DNA of 64,000 bases from an uncultured Acidobacteriota bacterium (GCA_963836075.1 CAWIIB010000009.1:1696001-1760000), one strand, 5' to 3'. Shown: positions 38,701-49,832, counted from the stretch's first letter. Translations and numbers: made by a program. The notes: generated from the letters alone by a model not told the origin.

Positions 38701-41700
38701 GCCCGCAACGCCTCTGGACCATCTGCCGTCTGGAGCTGGTCACCACTTTTAAACGTCCCCTCTTCTGGATCTGGATCTTTCTCGTGCTGCTGCTGGCGAT
38801 GATCGTCTCCGCCGGGGTGATGAAGATCCACTCCGGCGAGGACATGGCCGGCGGCCTGCAGGCCAACATCACGTCACAGTTCGCCAATGCCTGGGAGATC
38901 GCCCTGCTGGGGGCGATGCTCTACCCGCTCTTCGTTGCCGCCCTGGCCGGGATGGGTGTACTGCGGGACGGCGAGCTGCGTATGGAGGGTCTGCTGCACT
39001 CAACGCCGCTCAGGCCGGTGGAGTATGTCTGGGGCTCCTTTCTCGCCGCGATGATCATCTCGCTGGTGGTGCTCGCCGTTCAGCTGGGGCTGACCATGCT
39101 TTACAAACATACGATGACGGCGGGGGCGCACCCGGAACTGGCCGGCGAGTTTGTCCTGGCCAATTACCTGGTGCCGGCACTCTACTTCGCCCTGCCGCTG
39201 ATCGTCTTTGTCGCCGGCGTGAGCTTTGCCGTTGGTGAACGGACGCGTAGCCCGATGATGGTCAACATGGTGCCGCTGGTCCTGCTGCTGGGCAGCGTCT
39301 TTTTCCTCTGGACCTGGTCCCCCGGCTGGCTCGCTCCGGGCTGGAACCGCTTCCTGATGCTGATCGAACCCACCGGTTTTCGCTGGCTCAACGAGACCTG
39401 GATCAAGGCCGACATGGGGGCCTCGTTTTACAACACGGCCCGGGTCACCCTCGATCCGGCATTCCTGCTCAGCCGCCTGGCCCTGGTGGGGATCGGGCTG
39501 GGCGCCGTCTTTCAGGCGCAGCGTCACCTGGCCCGTACCCTCCGCGGCGGAAAAGTGGGTCGCGCCGCAGTGAAAAGCGCCCTGGCCGCTCCCCGCAGTG
39601 AAACCGTCCGTCCGGTGGTTACCGAAGCGAAGCTGGGCGACCTGGGCATGACCAGCCGGCGGCCCGGGCTGCTGGCCAGCCTGCTGGAGGTCACCCGCCT
39701 GGAGCTGCATGCCCTGGTGCGGCACCCGGCCATCTGGCTGCTGCTCTTCCTGGTGGTGCTCAACTGCACCGTTGACGCGATCTATGCAGTGGGCCCCTTC
39801 GATGCGCCGCTGCTGCTGACGCCCGGGGTGAGCGCGGTGGGCTCGCTGGTGGAGCTGACCTTTACCCTCTGCCTGCTGCTGATGTTCTACACGGTGGAGT
39901 CGCTGCGCCGCGAGCGCAAGACACGGATCGACTCCATCGTCTACGCCACGCCCCTGCCTACCAGCGCCCTCATCCTGGGCAAGGCCCTGGCCAGCAGCCT
40001 GGTGGGGGTGATGACGCTCCTCGCCGTGTTCCTGACCTGCGCGGTGCTGCTGCTGCGGCAGGGGACCGTCCCCCTGGACCCGCGGCCCTACATCATCGTC
40101 TACGGCCTGCTGCTGGGGCCGGTGGTCATCTTCTGGTGCGCCCTGGTGGGCCTGATCTACTCGCTCACCGGCAGCCGCATGACCACCTATGCCCTCTCCA
40201 TCGTCGTGATGATCATCTCCCCGATCCTGCTGGTCACAAAAAAGATGAGCTGGGTCTGGAACTGGTCGCTGGCCGGTGCCCTGCGCTGGAGCGACATCGC
40301 GCCTTTTGAGATGAACCGCGCACCGCTGCTGCTCAACCGCCTGCTGGTGCTGTCGCTGGCCGCTTTGCTGCTGGTGCTCATCGTGCGGGTCTTCCCGCGC
40401 CGGGCTTTCGACGCCGTCCGTATCTCCCAGCGGCTGCGCCCCTCGGCCCTGGTGAAGACCGCGCTGATCCTGTCCCCACTGATCATTCTGCCCTTTGCCC
40501 TTGGCGTCACCCTGCAGAAGGGGGTCAACCGCGGTCTGGAGGGACGAAAGATCGAGCGCTGGTCAAAAAACTACTGGCAGCGCAACCACGCCACCTGGCT
40601 CGACGTCCCCACACCCGATTTGGTCTTCTCGGACATCGAGCTGGAACTCGATCCCGCAACGCGCTGGTTCTCCACCCGGGGGCGCTTTCAGATGGTGAAC
40701 GGGGGAGAGGAGGCGCTGGTGCAGATCCCGATCACCGGCGGGCCGCACTGGCAGAAGCTCAACTGGACTTTGAATGGCGTGGCATACGAACCCGAGGACC
40801 GCCAGGGCCTCTACCTCTTCACCCCATCCGAGCCACTGGCCCCGGGTGAGCACTGCTCGGTGGGGTTCTCTTTCGAAGGCGTCTTCATCGAAGGATTCTC
40901 CAAAAACGGGGGGGAGAACAGCGAGTTCATTCTCCCCTCCGGTGTGGTGCTCACCTCGTACTCGCCCACTGTTTTCCCGGTGGTGGGCTACCTCGAGGAA
41001 CTGGGGATCAACGAGGACAACGAGTACGACGCGCGGGAATACCCTGAAGATTTCCACCAGGGTGTGACCCCGGCGCTCTGGGGGCCGGACTCCCCGCAAC
41101 GCACCCGGGTGCGGATCACCGCTCCTGAGCGGTACACCATGAACTCGGTGGGTGTGAAGACCGGGGATGAGGTCAACGCCGGCAAGCGGACGGTCACCTG
41201 GGAGAGCGACTACCCGGTGAAAAGCTTCAACGTGGTGGGCGGATTGTGGGATGTGCGCCGCGGGGAGGGAACCGCGATCTTCCACTACCCCGGGCACACT
41301 TACAATCTCGATGAAATGATCGAGGCGCTGGACGGCGCCCGCCGTTACTACTCGGAGTGGTTCCACCCCTACCCCTGGCAGGAGCTGAAGCTCTCCGAGT
41401 TCCCGGCCGAGGCCAGTTACGCCCAGGGCTTCTCCACCAACATCACCTTCTCCGAGAACATGGGGTTCCTCGCCCAGCCCGACCCGCGGGCCAACGCTCC
41501 GTTCATGGTCACCGCCCACGAGGCGGCACACCAGTGGTGGGGCGGACTGGTGGTACCCGGGGAAGGTCCGGGGGGCAACATCATCTCCGAGGGGATGGCC
41601 CACTTCTCCACTGCGCTGCTTTTCGAGGAACTGCGCGGCCCCGGGCAACGCACGGAGTTCTGCAAGCGGATCGAGGAACGCTACCTCGACCGGCGGGTGG

Positions 41701-42293
41701 TCAACTCGGAGCGGCCCCTGGTCAGGACAGACGGTTCCCGCGACGGTGACAACACCGTGACCTACGACAAGGGCGGCTGGGTCTTCTGGATGCTGTTCAA
41801 CCATCTGGGGCGTGAGAACGCGCTGGACGGGCTGCGCTCATTCATCGCCCACTATTCCCGGGATCCGGACCACCCGGTGCTGCAGGACCTGGTGGGCCAC
41901 CTGCGCCCCTTTGCCTCTGATAAGGAAGCCTACGACGCCTTTGTGGAGCAGTGGTTTTTCGAGATCGTCCTCCCCGAATACACCCTGAACCGTGTCGAGC
42001 GTGAGGAGTCACCGCCCGGCAGCGGAAACTGGCTGGTGCGTCTGGTTGTACGCAACGTGGGCACCGGGCGGATGCCGCTGGAGATCGCGGCGGAGCGGGG
42101 AGAGCGCTTCCCCGGTGCCGAGGAAACAGCCTCCACAGAGCCGTTACACGTGCAAACGGCCTCGGTCACCCCTGGCCCGCGCGAGGCGCAGGAAGTGGAG
42201 ATCCGCTGTGACTTCGAACCCCAGCGGGTGGTTGTCGACCCCGAGGTCAAGGTTTTGCAGCGTGGTCGTGCGTCTGCCATACGCCGGTTCTGA
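38697..42293 (+). CDS. ABC-2 permease (duplicated) fused to an M1-family zinc aminopeptidase domain
   Basis: Two 6-TM halves, then HEAAHQWWG...ISEG and YDKG motifs. Confidence 0.85.
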   Translation: MSPQRLWTICRLELVTTFKRPLFWIWIFLVLLLAMIVSAGVMKIHSGEDMAGGLQANITSQFANAWEIALLGAMLYPLFVAALAGMGVLRDGELRMEGLLHSTPLRPVEYVWGSFLAAMIISLVVLAVQLGLTMLYKHTMTAGAHPELAGEFVLANYLVPALYFALPLIVFVAGVSFAVGERTRSPMMVNMVPLVLLLGSVFFLWTWSPGWLAPGWNRFLMLIEPTGFRWLNETWIKADMGASFYNTARVTLDPAFLLSRLALVGIGLGAVFQAQRHLARTLRGGKVGRAAVKSALAAPRSETVRPVVTEAKLGDLGMTSRRPGLLASLLEVTRLELHALVRHPAIWLLLFLVVLNCTVDAIYAVGPFDAPLLLTPGVSAVGSLVELTFTLCLLLMFYTVESLRRERKTRIDSIVYATPLPTSALILGKALASSLVGVMTLLAVFLTCAVLLLRQGTVPLDPRPYIIVYGLLLGPVVIFWCALVGLIYSLTGSRMTTYALSIVVMIISPILLVTKKMSWVWNWSLAGALRWSDIAPFEMNRAPLLLNRLLVLSLAALLLVLIVRVFPRRAFDAVRISQRLRPSALVKTALILSPLIILPFALGVTLQKGVNRGLEGRKIERWSKNYWQRNHATWLDVPTPDLVFSDIELELDPATRWFSTRGRFQMVNGGEEALVQIPITGGPHWQKLNWTLNGVAYEPEDRQGLYLFTPSEPLAPGEHCSVGFSFEGVFIEGFSKNGGENSEFILPSGVVLTSYSPTVFPVVGYLEELGINEDNEYDAREYPEDFHQGVTPALWGPDSPQRTRVRITAPERYTMNSVGVKTGDEVNAGKRTVTWESDYPVKSFNVVGGLWDVRRGEGTAIFHYPGHTYNLDEMIEALDGARRYYSEWFHPYPWQELKLSEFPAEASYAQGFSTNITFSENMGFLAQPDPRANAPFMVTAHEAAHQWWGGLVVPGEGPGGNIISEGMAHFSTALLFEELRGPGQRTEFCKRIEERYLDRRVVNSERPLVRTDGSRDGDNTVTYDKGGWVFWMLFNHLGRENALDGLRSFIAHYSRDPDHPVLQDLVGHLRPFASDKEAYDAFVEQWFFEIVLPEYTLNRVEREESPPGSGNWLVRLVVRNVGTGRMPLEIAAERGERFPGAEETASTEPLHVQTASVTPGPREAQEVEIRCDFEPQRVVVDPEVKVLQRGRASAIRRF

Positions 42294-42443
42294 GTGGATG
42301 GGTTCCTGGTTGGCGGGGTGATCAAGGACGCCGGTCGGGCCGCGAGATCGATCCGGTGTTTGAATTATGTGGTAATTAGTTCTGCTTTGTGGTAATTGAA
42401 GCTGTATACTTTCTGCTCATCCCTGACTACCGCAAGGCGGAAA

Positions 42444-43985
42444 ATGACCACAGAGGCCAACATCACCCGTCTCCTTAACCTGGGCAAGCGGGTCCTCTCC
42501 GAGTCCGACCTCGATCAGGTCCTGACCATCGCCATCGACGAGGCCATCGAGATCACCGGGGCCGAACGGGGGTTGATCATCCTTTTCGACGAGGACGGGG
42601 GGACGCTCTTCCAGACCGCGCGGAAGCTGAAGAAGGAGGACCTCGATCATCCCCGTTTCGAAGTGAGCCGGACCATCATCGAGAGGGTCAAGGCATCAGG
42701 AGAGACGATCTTCCTGGAGAACGCTCTCCAGGACCGGCCGTTGAAAAACAGCAAGAGCGCAAGCCGCCTGGGGATCCTTTCCGTGATCTGCCTCCCCCTG
42801 TACCGGGACGGTGAAATCTTCGGTGTGATTTACCTTGATATCCGGTCAATCGGCAGGGCGTTCGGTCGGGAGGACTGCCGTTTCGTGGAGATGTTCGCGG
42901 ACTTCTTCTCGCTGGCCGCGCACTCCGCCCTGGAGAGCAGGAAGCTGCAGAGCCGGGTCAGCGAGCTGGAGTCCGAACTGCGCAGCAAGTATGACTTCGA
43001 GGCGATCATCGGCCACGATCCCCGGATGATGAAGATCCTCGAGCTGGTGACCCGGATCGCCGACACCGACGCCACGATCCTGATCCGCGGGGCCAGCGGC
43101 ACCGGCAAGGAACTGATCGCCCAGGCGCTGCACACCCACAGCAGCCGCAAGGAGAAACCATTCGTTCCGGTGAACTGCGGCGCCCTGCCGGAAACGCTGA
43201 TCGAGTCCGAGCTGTTCGGCTACGTCGCGGGCGCGTTCACCGGCGCCGTGCGGGACAAGCCGGGCTGGTTCGAGCGGGCCGAGGGCGGATCGATCTTCCT
43301 CGACGAGATCAGCGAGCTGGCGCCGGAACTGCAGGTCCGGCTGCTCAGGATCCTGCAGACCGGGGAGTACAGCCGGTTGGGCAGCACGGAGATCCGCTAC
43401 TGCGACGTGCGCATCATTGCCGCCACCAATCGCGATCTGGCCGAGTTGATGAAGGGAGGGAAATTTCGCGAGGACCTGTTCTACCGTCTTAACGTGATCG
43501 ACATCGAGCTGCCTGCGCTGCACGAACGAAAGGGTGACATCATCGTCCTTGCCCGGCACTTCGTCGCGAGGTTCTGCCGGCAGCACTACAAGGAGGAGAT
43601 GCAGTTGTCACCCCGGGCCGAGTCCTGTCTGCTGGCATACGACTTTCCGGGCAACATCCGCGAACTGGAAAACATCATCCGCCGCGCCGTGGTGCTGGCT
43701 GAGGGAACCACCATCGAACCGCACCACTTCCCGGCGGGCGTCAGGGGTGAGACCGCCTCCGGCCGGTCCGCCGATCACCCGTCCAGTTTCAAGGTAGCAA
43801 AAGAGCGACTGATCGAGAGCTTCGAGCGCGACTTCATTGTCCACTGTCTCGACGTCGCCGGCGGCAACATCCGCCAGGCCGCCCGGGAGGCGGGCCTGCA
43901 CTACAAGAATTTTTACGAGAAAATGGTCAAGCGGGGAATCGATCCCCACGATTTCAAAAAGGCGGATGATCGGAAACTGAAATGA
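42444..43985 (+). CDS. sigma54-dependent Fis-family transcriptional activator with GAF domain
   Basis: GAF domain; GASGTGKE, NCGAL, ESELFG, GAFTGA, FLDEI, FREDLFYRL, PGNIREL; C-terminal HTH. Confidence 0.92.
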   Translation: MTTEANITRLLNLGKRVLSESDLDQVLTIAIDEAIEITGAERGLIILFDEDGGTLFQTARKLKKEDLDHPRFEVSRTIIERVKASGETIFLENALQDRPLKNSKSASRLGILSVICLPLYRDGEIFGVIYLDIRSIGRAFGREDCRFVEMFADFFSLAAHSALESRKLQSRVSELESELRSKYDFEAIIGHDPRMMKILELVTRIADTDATILIRGASGTGKELIAQALHTHSSRKEKPFVPVNCGALPETLIESELFGYVAGAFTGAVRDKPGWFERAEGGSIFLDEISELAPELQVRLLRILQTGEYSRLGSTEIRYCDVRIIAATNRDLAELMKGGKFREDLFYRLNVIDIELPALHERKGDIIVLARHFVARFCRQHYKEEMQLSPRAESCLLAYDFPGNIRELENIIRRAVVLAEGTTIEPHHFPAGVRGETASGRSADHPSSFKVAKERLIESFERDFIVHCLDVAGGNIRQAAREAGLHYKNFYEKMVKRGIDPHDFKKADDRKLK

Positions 43986-44129
43986 TGGTTCATTTGCCAT
44001 AATTATGGCAGTGCGGTGATCATCCGCTGCCCGCGTCCAGACTGTCAGCGGCACCTCCCCACCCGTTCAATTCACTGAATAAACATCGCTTCCGATCCGC
44101 GAAAACAATCCCACCCTTCCGTCGCAAAC

Positions 44130-44145
44130 TGGCACGAAGTTTGAT
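44130..44145 (+). promoter_or_regulatory. Candidate sigma54 (-24/-12) promoter
   Basis: TGGCAC-GAAGT-TTGA: GG-N10-GA, one mismatch at -12; directly downstream of a sigma54 activator gene. Confidence 0.55.
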
Positions 44146-44239
44146 CTTTACTGTTTCCGACATTCAGAAGAAACCGTCTCCACAACAGGTGATTGGCAGG
44201 CATTACGGGGCGGCAAAACCCTGTCCGCGAGGCTGCATC

Positions 44240-44674
44240 GTGAGCAAAGCGTGCATCCTGATTTCCGGGTCGGCAGTAGGCAAGGATAAGCAGTTGTATG
44301 CGGAACTCCAGCAGAGTGCGGAGGTCCTTCGAAATACGGACAACAGCAAGCTTCAGGCGATCCTCTCCAGCCGCAAACCCGACCTGGTGATCATCGAAAT
44401 CACCGGCATGGGGCATGAGGAGATGGAGCAGGTCCGGCTGGTCAGGAACCGATTCCCCGGATTGCCGGTCATTCTTGTCAATGGTGGTGGAGACCAGGAG
44501 TTGATTGTGGCCGCCTTCGCCTGCGGGGTGAAGGATGCCTTCCGGAAGCCGTACAAACGCTACCTGCTGGCCGAACGGGCCAACGCGCTGCTGCGGCGGT
44601 CTTCAAGGCAGGGAGGACCCGGAGATCGAATAACTGGTGGAGACCTTTCACCCGGCAAGGGACCGGCCGGCTGA
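44240..44674 (+). CDS. Atypical stand-alone receiver domain protein
   Basis: PDLVIIE (Glu at the phospho-Asp site), PVILV, GVKDAFRKP. Confidence 0.65.
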   Translation: MSKACILISGSAVGKDKQLYAELQQSAEVLRNTDNSKLQAILSSRKPDLVIIEITGMGHEEMEQVRLVRNRFPGLPVILVNGGGDQELIVAAFACGVKDAFRKPYKRYLLAERANALLRRSSRQGGPGDRITGGDLSPGKGPAG

Positions 44675-44733
44675 AATAGCAATCGCGGTTCACCGGCGAA
44701 TCATTCGCCACAACCCCCAAAGGAGGGAGTGCC

Positions 44734-46527
44734 ATGAAACGTCTTCTGATTCTGCTTGTAATGTTCACCTTCGCGGCCATCGGCGCCGCGGACACCATCT
44801 ATGTCCCGGACGATCACGGGACGATTCAGGGGGCGATCGTTGCCGCCCTGGACGGGGACACGATCATCGTCCGCCCCGCAACCTACGAGGAGAACATCGA
44901 CTTCCTGGGCAAGGCCATCACCGTGAAGAGCGAGCTGGGACCGGAGCTGACGATCATCGATGGCAGCGATCCGGTGAACCCCGACTATGGAAGTGTCGTC
45001 ACTATGATGAGTGGCGAGGGTTTGGATTCGGTGCTTGACGGATTCACCCTCAGCTATGGGACCGGAAACTACTATCCGGATTCCGACGAGACTGCAGGCG
45101 GAGGAATTATGATCGAGCTCTCCTCCCCGACGATTATCAACAATATCATCAGCGAGAATACGGCGGACGGTGGCGCCGGAATAAATTGCTATGACAATTC
45201 TTCCCCCGTCATCTCCAACAACACTTTCACGGCCAACGCTGCCGGGGGTGGTGGGGGAGGGATCTTTTGCTGGGAAGGGTCTTCGCCGCTGATCACGGGC
45301 AACACCTTCACCGAAAACACGGGCCTCGAAAATGGTGGCGGGGCGATTGGCTGCTACCTTTTTTGCTCCCCGACGATCGCCAACAACGTCTTCACACTAA
45401 ACGCCGCCACCGGAGAGTATTCCCTTGGGGGGGCGGTCGGTTGCATTGGCCAATGTGATCCGGTGATCAGTAACAACGTCTTCGACCTCAACTCCTCGCC
45501 AAACGAGGGCGGTGCGCTCGCCTTCTTGACGGCCTGCGATCCGACCATCGAGAACAACATCATCACCAACAACTCGGCAGGCGACGCTGGCGGCGGAATG
45601 ACGTTCTGGACCGGATGTCATGCGACCATCACCAACAACCTGATCAGCGGCAACACATGTCAGGCAGTTATGGGTAGCGGCTGGGGTGGCGGTATTAACT
45701 CTTACAGCAGCATACTGACCCTGGCCAACAACACGATCACCGGGAATTCTGCCGAGCTAGTCGGCGGTGGGATTAGCCTCTTGTCGAATTCAGCCGCCAC
45801 CATCAGCAACACAATCCTTTGGGCCAATGATGCACCCGTAGGATCTGAGGGCTATGTTGGAGAACAAGACGAACTCACCATCAGCTTCTCCGACGTGTTT
45901 GGCGGACAGGACTCAATAAAACTTGATCCAGGCGCTACTCTCAACTGGGGCGCCGGGATGATCGACGCGGATCCGCTGTTTTATCTTCCAGCAGACGACG
46001 ACTACCACCTGCAGCAGGATCCCTGTCAGCCGGGGGTGGTCAACCCCTGCGTGGACGCGGGGAATCCGTTCAGTCCGATGATCGCGGGGACAACCCGCAG
46101 CGACTGCGGTCCCGATGTGGACCCCGTGGACATGGGCTATCACTACGCCCTCCTCGATACGGTCTCGGCAGATCTCGGCTGCGTTCCCGATTCTGGCGTG
46201 CTGCCCTTTGCCGTCCAGCTCAGCGTGACCCTGGGCAACGTCGTCGACTACGACCGAACAATCGCCGGACGGATCAACCTGACCCTGGCCGGCGGTGCGA
46301 CCTACCAGAGCTGGCGGGCGGGATACACCAACCTCGGACCGAACGAAATGTTCGTCACCACCTGGATGCAGACGCTGCCGGCGCTGGGAAGCCTGGTGGG
46401 GGGCAATGTCTTCGTACTTCACGCCGAAGACGTGACGCCGCCGCCATTCAACCAGCCGCCATTCCCGCCGTCGGGCGACATCGACACGGCCAGCTGCACG
46501 GTGACGGGGGAGGCATCGACGAGATAG
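44734..46527 (+). CDS. Secreted right-handed beta-helix repeat protein with shared C-terminal domain
   Basis: Signal peptide; TIQGAI, YEENIDFLGKAITV; repeated GGGI.C..SSP.I.NN; DPLF...DYHL...NPCVDAG. Confidence 0.82.
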   Translation: MKRLLILLVMFTFAAIGAADTIYVPDDHGTIQGAIVAALDGDTIIVRPATYEENIDFLGKAITVKSELGPELTIIDGSDPVNPDYGSVVTMMSGEGLDSVLDGFTLSYGTGNYYPDSDETAGGGIMIELSSPTIINNIISENTADGGAGINCYDNSSPVISNNTFTANAAGGGGGGIFCWEGSSPLITGNTFTENTGLENGGGAIGCYLFCSPTIANNVFTLNAATGEYSLGGAVGCIGQCDPVISNNVFDLNSSPNEGGALAFLTACDPTIENNIITNNSAGDAGGGMTFWTGCHATITNNLISGNTCQAVMGSGWGGGINSYSSILTLANNTITGNSAELVGGGISLLSNSAATISNTILWANDAPVGSEGYVGEQDELTISFSDVFGGQDSIKLDPGATLNWGAGMIDADPLFYLPADDDYHLQQDPCQPGVVNPCVDAGNPFSPMIAGTTRSDCGPDVDPVDMGYHYALLDTVSADLGCVPDSGVLPFAVQLSVTLGNVVDYDRTIAGRINLTLAGGATYQSWRAGYTNLGPNEMFVTTWMQTLPALGSLVGGNVFVLHAEDVTPPPFNQPPFPPSGDIDTASCTVTGEASTR

Positions 46528-46680
46528 TCACGGGCGCCACCGTGGCGGCGGGGAGGTTGTAAATCGAGTCCAGCTCTTATCACGGACATCTTTGGCGAAG
46601 GGAGGTGGAAATCCCTCGGATTGAAGAAAGCAGGCGCTTTGGGAGTTCAAATATCATCAACCCTTGGAGGAGGACCTATC

Positions 46681-47808
46681 ATGTATCGCTCAACTTTTAT
46701 CCTGGCTATTGCCGTCCTGTTCCTGACAGTGCTCTCGCCCTGTGTGTCGGCTGAGATCCCTGACGGGACACAGGAAGTGCTCGGAGAATCAGATGGCGCT
46801 CTGTACGCCCTCTATCACCCGCCCTCGTGGAACGGTGACCTGGTGCTCTACGCCCATGGACACGTGTATCTCGACCAGCCGATCCAATTGCCTCAAGGCT
46901 TTGCGCCGACCCGGGACGGTCTTCTGGAACTTGGATACGCTGTGGCCTATTCCAGCTTCTCGAAAAACGGGTGGGCGGTCAAGGAAGGATTCAAGGAGAC
47001 CCGTCAGCTGCGCACGATTTTTGCCGAATGGTTCCAGATGCCGAACAACATATACGTCATGGGGCACTCGATGGGCGGACTGATCGCCGTGATGCTGGCC
47101 GAGAAGCACCCCAGCCTCTTTGCCGGGGCCGTCCCCATGTGCGGTGTGATCGGTGGTTCACAGATGGGGATTGACTATAAGTATGATATCCGCGTGTTGT
47201 TTGACTACTTCTATCCGGATGTGCTGCCCGGCAACGCCCTGGAGGTTCCGGAAGACTTTGATTGCTATGACGGTACCGCGTTCTTTGTTGCAGTCTACAC
47301 CAACCCCGGAGCGCTCTACGAACTCGCTGGCATAGACCAGGTTGAGATCCCGTATGCCAGCTTCGATGAGCTGGTCTGGTCGGTCATGATGAATATTTGG
47401 GGTCACTGCATGGGCTGCAATGGATATCTGGAGCTGATGAACAATCACATCTTCTATGACAACTCGGCCACCTACTACACCGGCTCCATGGATGACGAGG
47501 CACTCAACGCCGGCGTGGACCGCTTCGAGGGACATCCCGCCGGGCACAATTATTTACGGCGCTATTACCAGCCGACCGGCAGGCTGAACATTCCGGCCCT
47601 CACCCTGCACACTTCGGGCGACGGTGTGGTGCACCCGACGCATCAGGCTGCGTACGCGGCAATCGTTGCCGCGCAGGACAATCTGGATCAACTCGTGCAG
47701 CGTGAGTTTGACCGCTTCGATCACTGCACTTTCACCACTGAGGAGGAGATCGAAGCTCTCCTGGACGTGGTTGACTGGGTGGAGACGGGGGTGCCGCCAA
47801 CGCCGTAG
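46681..47808 (+). CDS. Secreted alpha/beta hydrolase
   Basis: Signal peptide, YAHG, nucleophile GHSMGG, DGVV, HCTF. Confidence 0.8.
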   Translation: MYRSTFILAIAVLFLTVLSPCVSAEIPDGTQEVLGESDGALYALYHPPSWNGDLVLYAHGHVYLDQPIQLPQGFAPTRDGLLELGYAVAYSSFSKNGWAVKEGFKETRQLRTIFAEWFQMPNNIYVMGHSMGGLIAVMLAEKHPSLFAGAVPMCGVIGGSQMGIDYKYDIRVLFDYFYPDVLPGNALEVPEDFDCYDGTAFFVAVYTNPGALYELAGIDQVEIPYASFDELVWSVMMNIWGHCMGCNGYLELMNNHIFYDNSATYYTGSMDDEALNAGVDRFEGHPAGHNYLRRYYQPTGRLNIPALTLHTSGDGVVHPTHQAAYAAIVAAQDNLDQLVQREFDRFDHCTFTTEEEIEALLDVVDWVETGVPPTP

Positions 47809-47840
47809 GGACTGAATTCGGTGAGAAAAGGAGAGACCTC

Positions 47841-49497
47841 ATGAACACCACAAAGAAATTTGTCTATTTGAGCATTGTCGGCTTCACGGCCATGCTGCTC
47901 GTTTTTCCAGTGACCAACCCGGCCGTCGCGGTTGAGATCAACAAGGATTTCGTTCAGAACTGGAAAGTGCTTGTCAGGGGCTCTCCGATTCACGGAGCCA
48001 ATGGCCTCGCGTTCGATAGTCACGACAGACTGCATATCGCCAGTGCCATGGGCCGCGAGATCGTTGTGATGGACCCCGGCACAGGCAAGATTCTCTATCG
48101 ACTCGGTCCGGCGGATGGCGTCGAGTCCCCGGACGACGTCACTTTCGGCCCGCCGGGTTCGGTGTATCAGGACGAACTGTTCTGGACGTCGATATTCACC
48201 GGTGAGGTCGGTCGGCTGTCCCCGAACGGGACAAAGATCACCGCCGGTCAGCTCTTTCCGGGGGTGAACCCGATCACCTTTTCCGACGACCTCCGGCTGT
48301 TCGCGGCGCACGACTTCTATGGGTTCGCCGGCCTGTACGAGATCGATCCGGACGGCACGCTTCCGCCGACCGAATTGGACCCCGACTTTTACAACCTCAA
48401 CGCGTTCGACTTCGGACCGGACGGCCTTCTTTATGGCCCGATCTTCCAGGAGAAAATTCTCAGAGTCGACGTCGATTCGGGTCCTCCGCCGCTTTGGTTC
48501 GAGGACGTCCTCAACCCGTTTGCCTCCGCTGCGGTGAAGTTCGACGCCGAGGGGTGCCTTCACGCACTCAATCTCGACCGGGTGGTGAGTATCGATCTGG
48601 GCACAGGTGCCGTCATGGTGGTTGCCGACGTCGGGCCGGGCCTCGACAACCTGGCGTTCGACTCGCAGGGGAATCTGTTCGTGTCAAGTTTCGTCAGCGG
48701 AACCATCTACCGTGTTCTTCCCAGCGGCGAGGTGCGCGAGATCAGCAAGGGAGGAATGATCGCGCCGGGTGGCGTCGCAGGTACTGCCTCGTCCTCTGGG
48801 CGGTGATTCCGTCTTCGTTGCGGACGTGTTTTCCGCGCGCGAGTTCAACGCGAAAACCGGACGGCCCGGGGCGTTTGCGGAGATGTTCGGCAGCGCTCTG
48901 ACCATCGCCCCGTATGGTGAGGGCCTGGTTCTCTCATCCTGGTTCACCAATTCGGTGGAGGTGCGGGACGGAGAGACGCTGGAGCTCATCTCTGGCCCGA
49001 ATCTCTTCTCTTTCCCGTTGAACGCTATTGCGTTTCAGGGTGACATGGCCGTGGCCGAGCTCGGCACCGGGAGCGTTGTCCGCGGCGATTACTCGCCAAT
49101 TGCCACCGGTCTTGCCGTGCCGACAGGCCTGGCAGCGACCGAGACCGACCTCTGGGTGGCCGACTGGGCGTTGGGGGCTGTATACCAGATTGTGGAAGAC
49201 GGCGTTCCGGTCACCCCCATCCTCGTTGCTTCAGGCCTGATGGCGCCCGAGGGGCTTGCCGTCAACACCGACGGCAGCCTGCTGGTAGTGGAATCCGGTG
49301 CCGGCCGTCTGTCGAGTATCGATCCTGCGACCGGTGCCGTGACGACGGTTGCCGAGGGGTTAGAAACTGGAGCGCCGGCGGCTCCAAATGCTCCTCCGAC
49401 CTGGTTTTTTAATGGCGTTGCAGTCGGGCCGTCGGGCCACATATATGTGACGGGTGACAGGGCAAACGAACTCTACCGTTTCAAACAACACCCGTAG
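47841..49497 (+). CDS. Secreted beta-propeller (SMP-30/NHL-like) protein, frameshift near 48780
   Basis: NGLAFD, PDDVTFGP, DNLAFD, PTGLA, PEGLAV repeats; deleting one G at 48780-48781 joins the two ORFs. Confidence 0.75.
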
Positions 49498-49832
49498 CGT
49501 CCCGTCGCGCGTCGCGCACCACGCCTGCCCCGGCGTTCGAGCAGTATTGTCGGCGCCGGGGCAGCGATGCTTTTTTGTTCACATCCCGAAGCCCTGACGC
49601 CTGACAGAGGCCTTGGTTCCGGCAGACAGCGCTCCTGCCATTCATCTACATCGACGACGTTGGCCATTTCCAGGCCGGGGACGGTCACGACTCGGCACGG
49701 AGACACATCGACCTCTCAAATAAGCCTCATTCCCCTCTTGATAAAAAAACGCTAATATGGCAAAGTCACCTTACATGTTCCGGCGAGATCCGCAGAATGT
49801 CTCCCAGGAGACCGGAAGATCGGGTGGATCTG

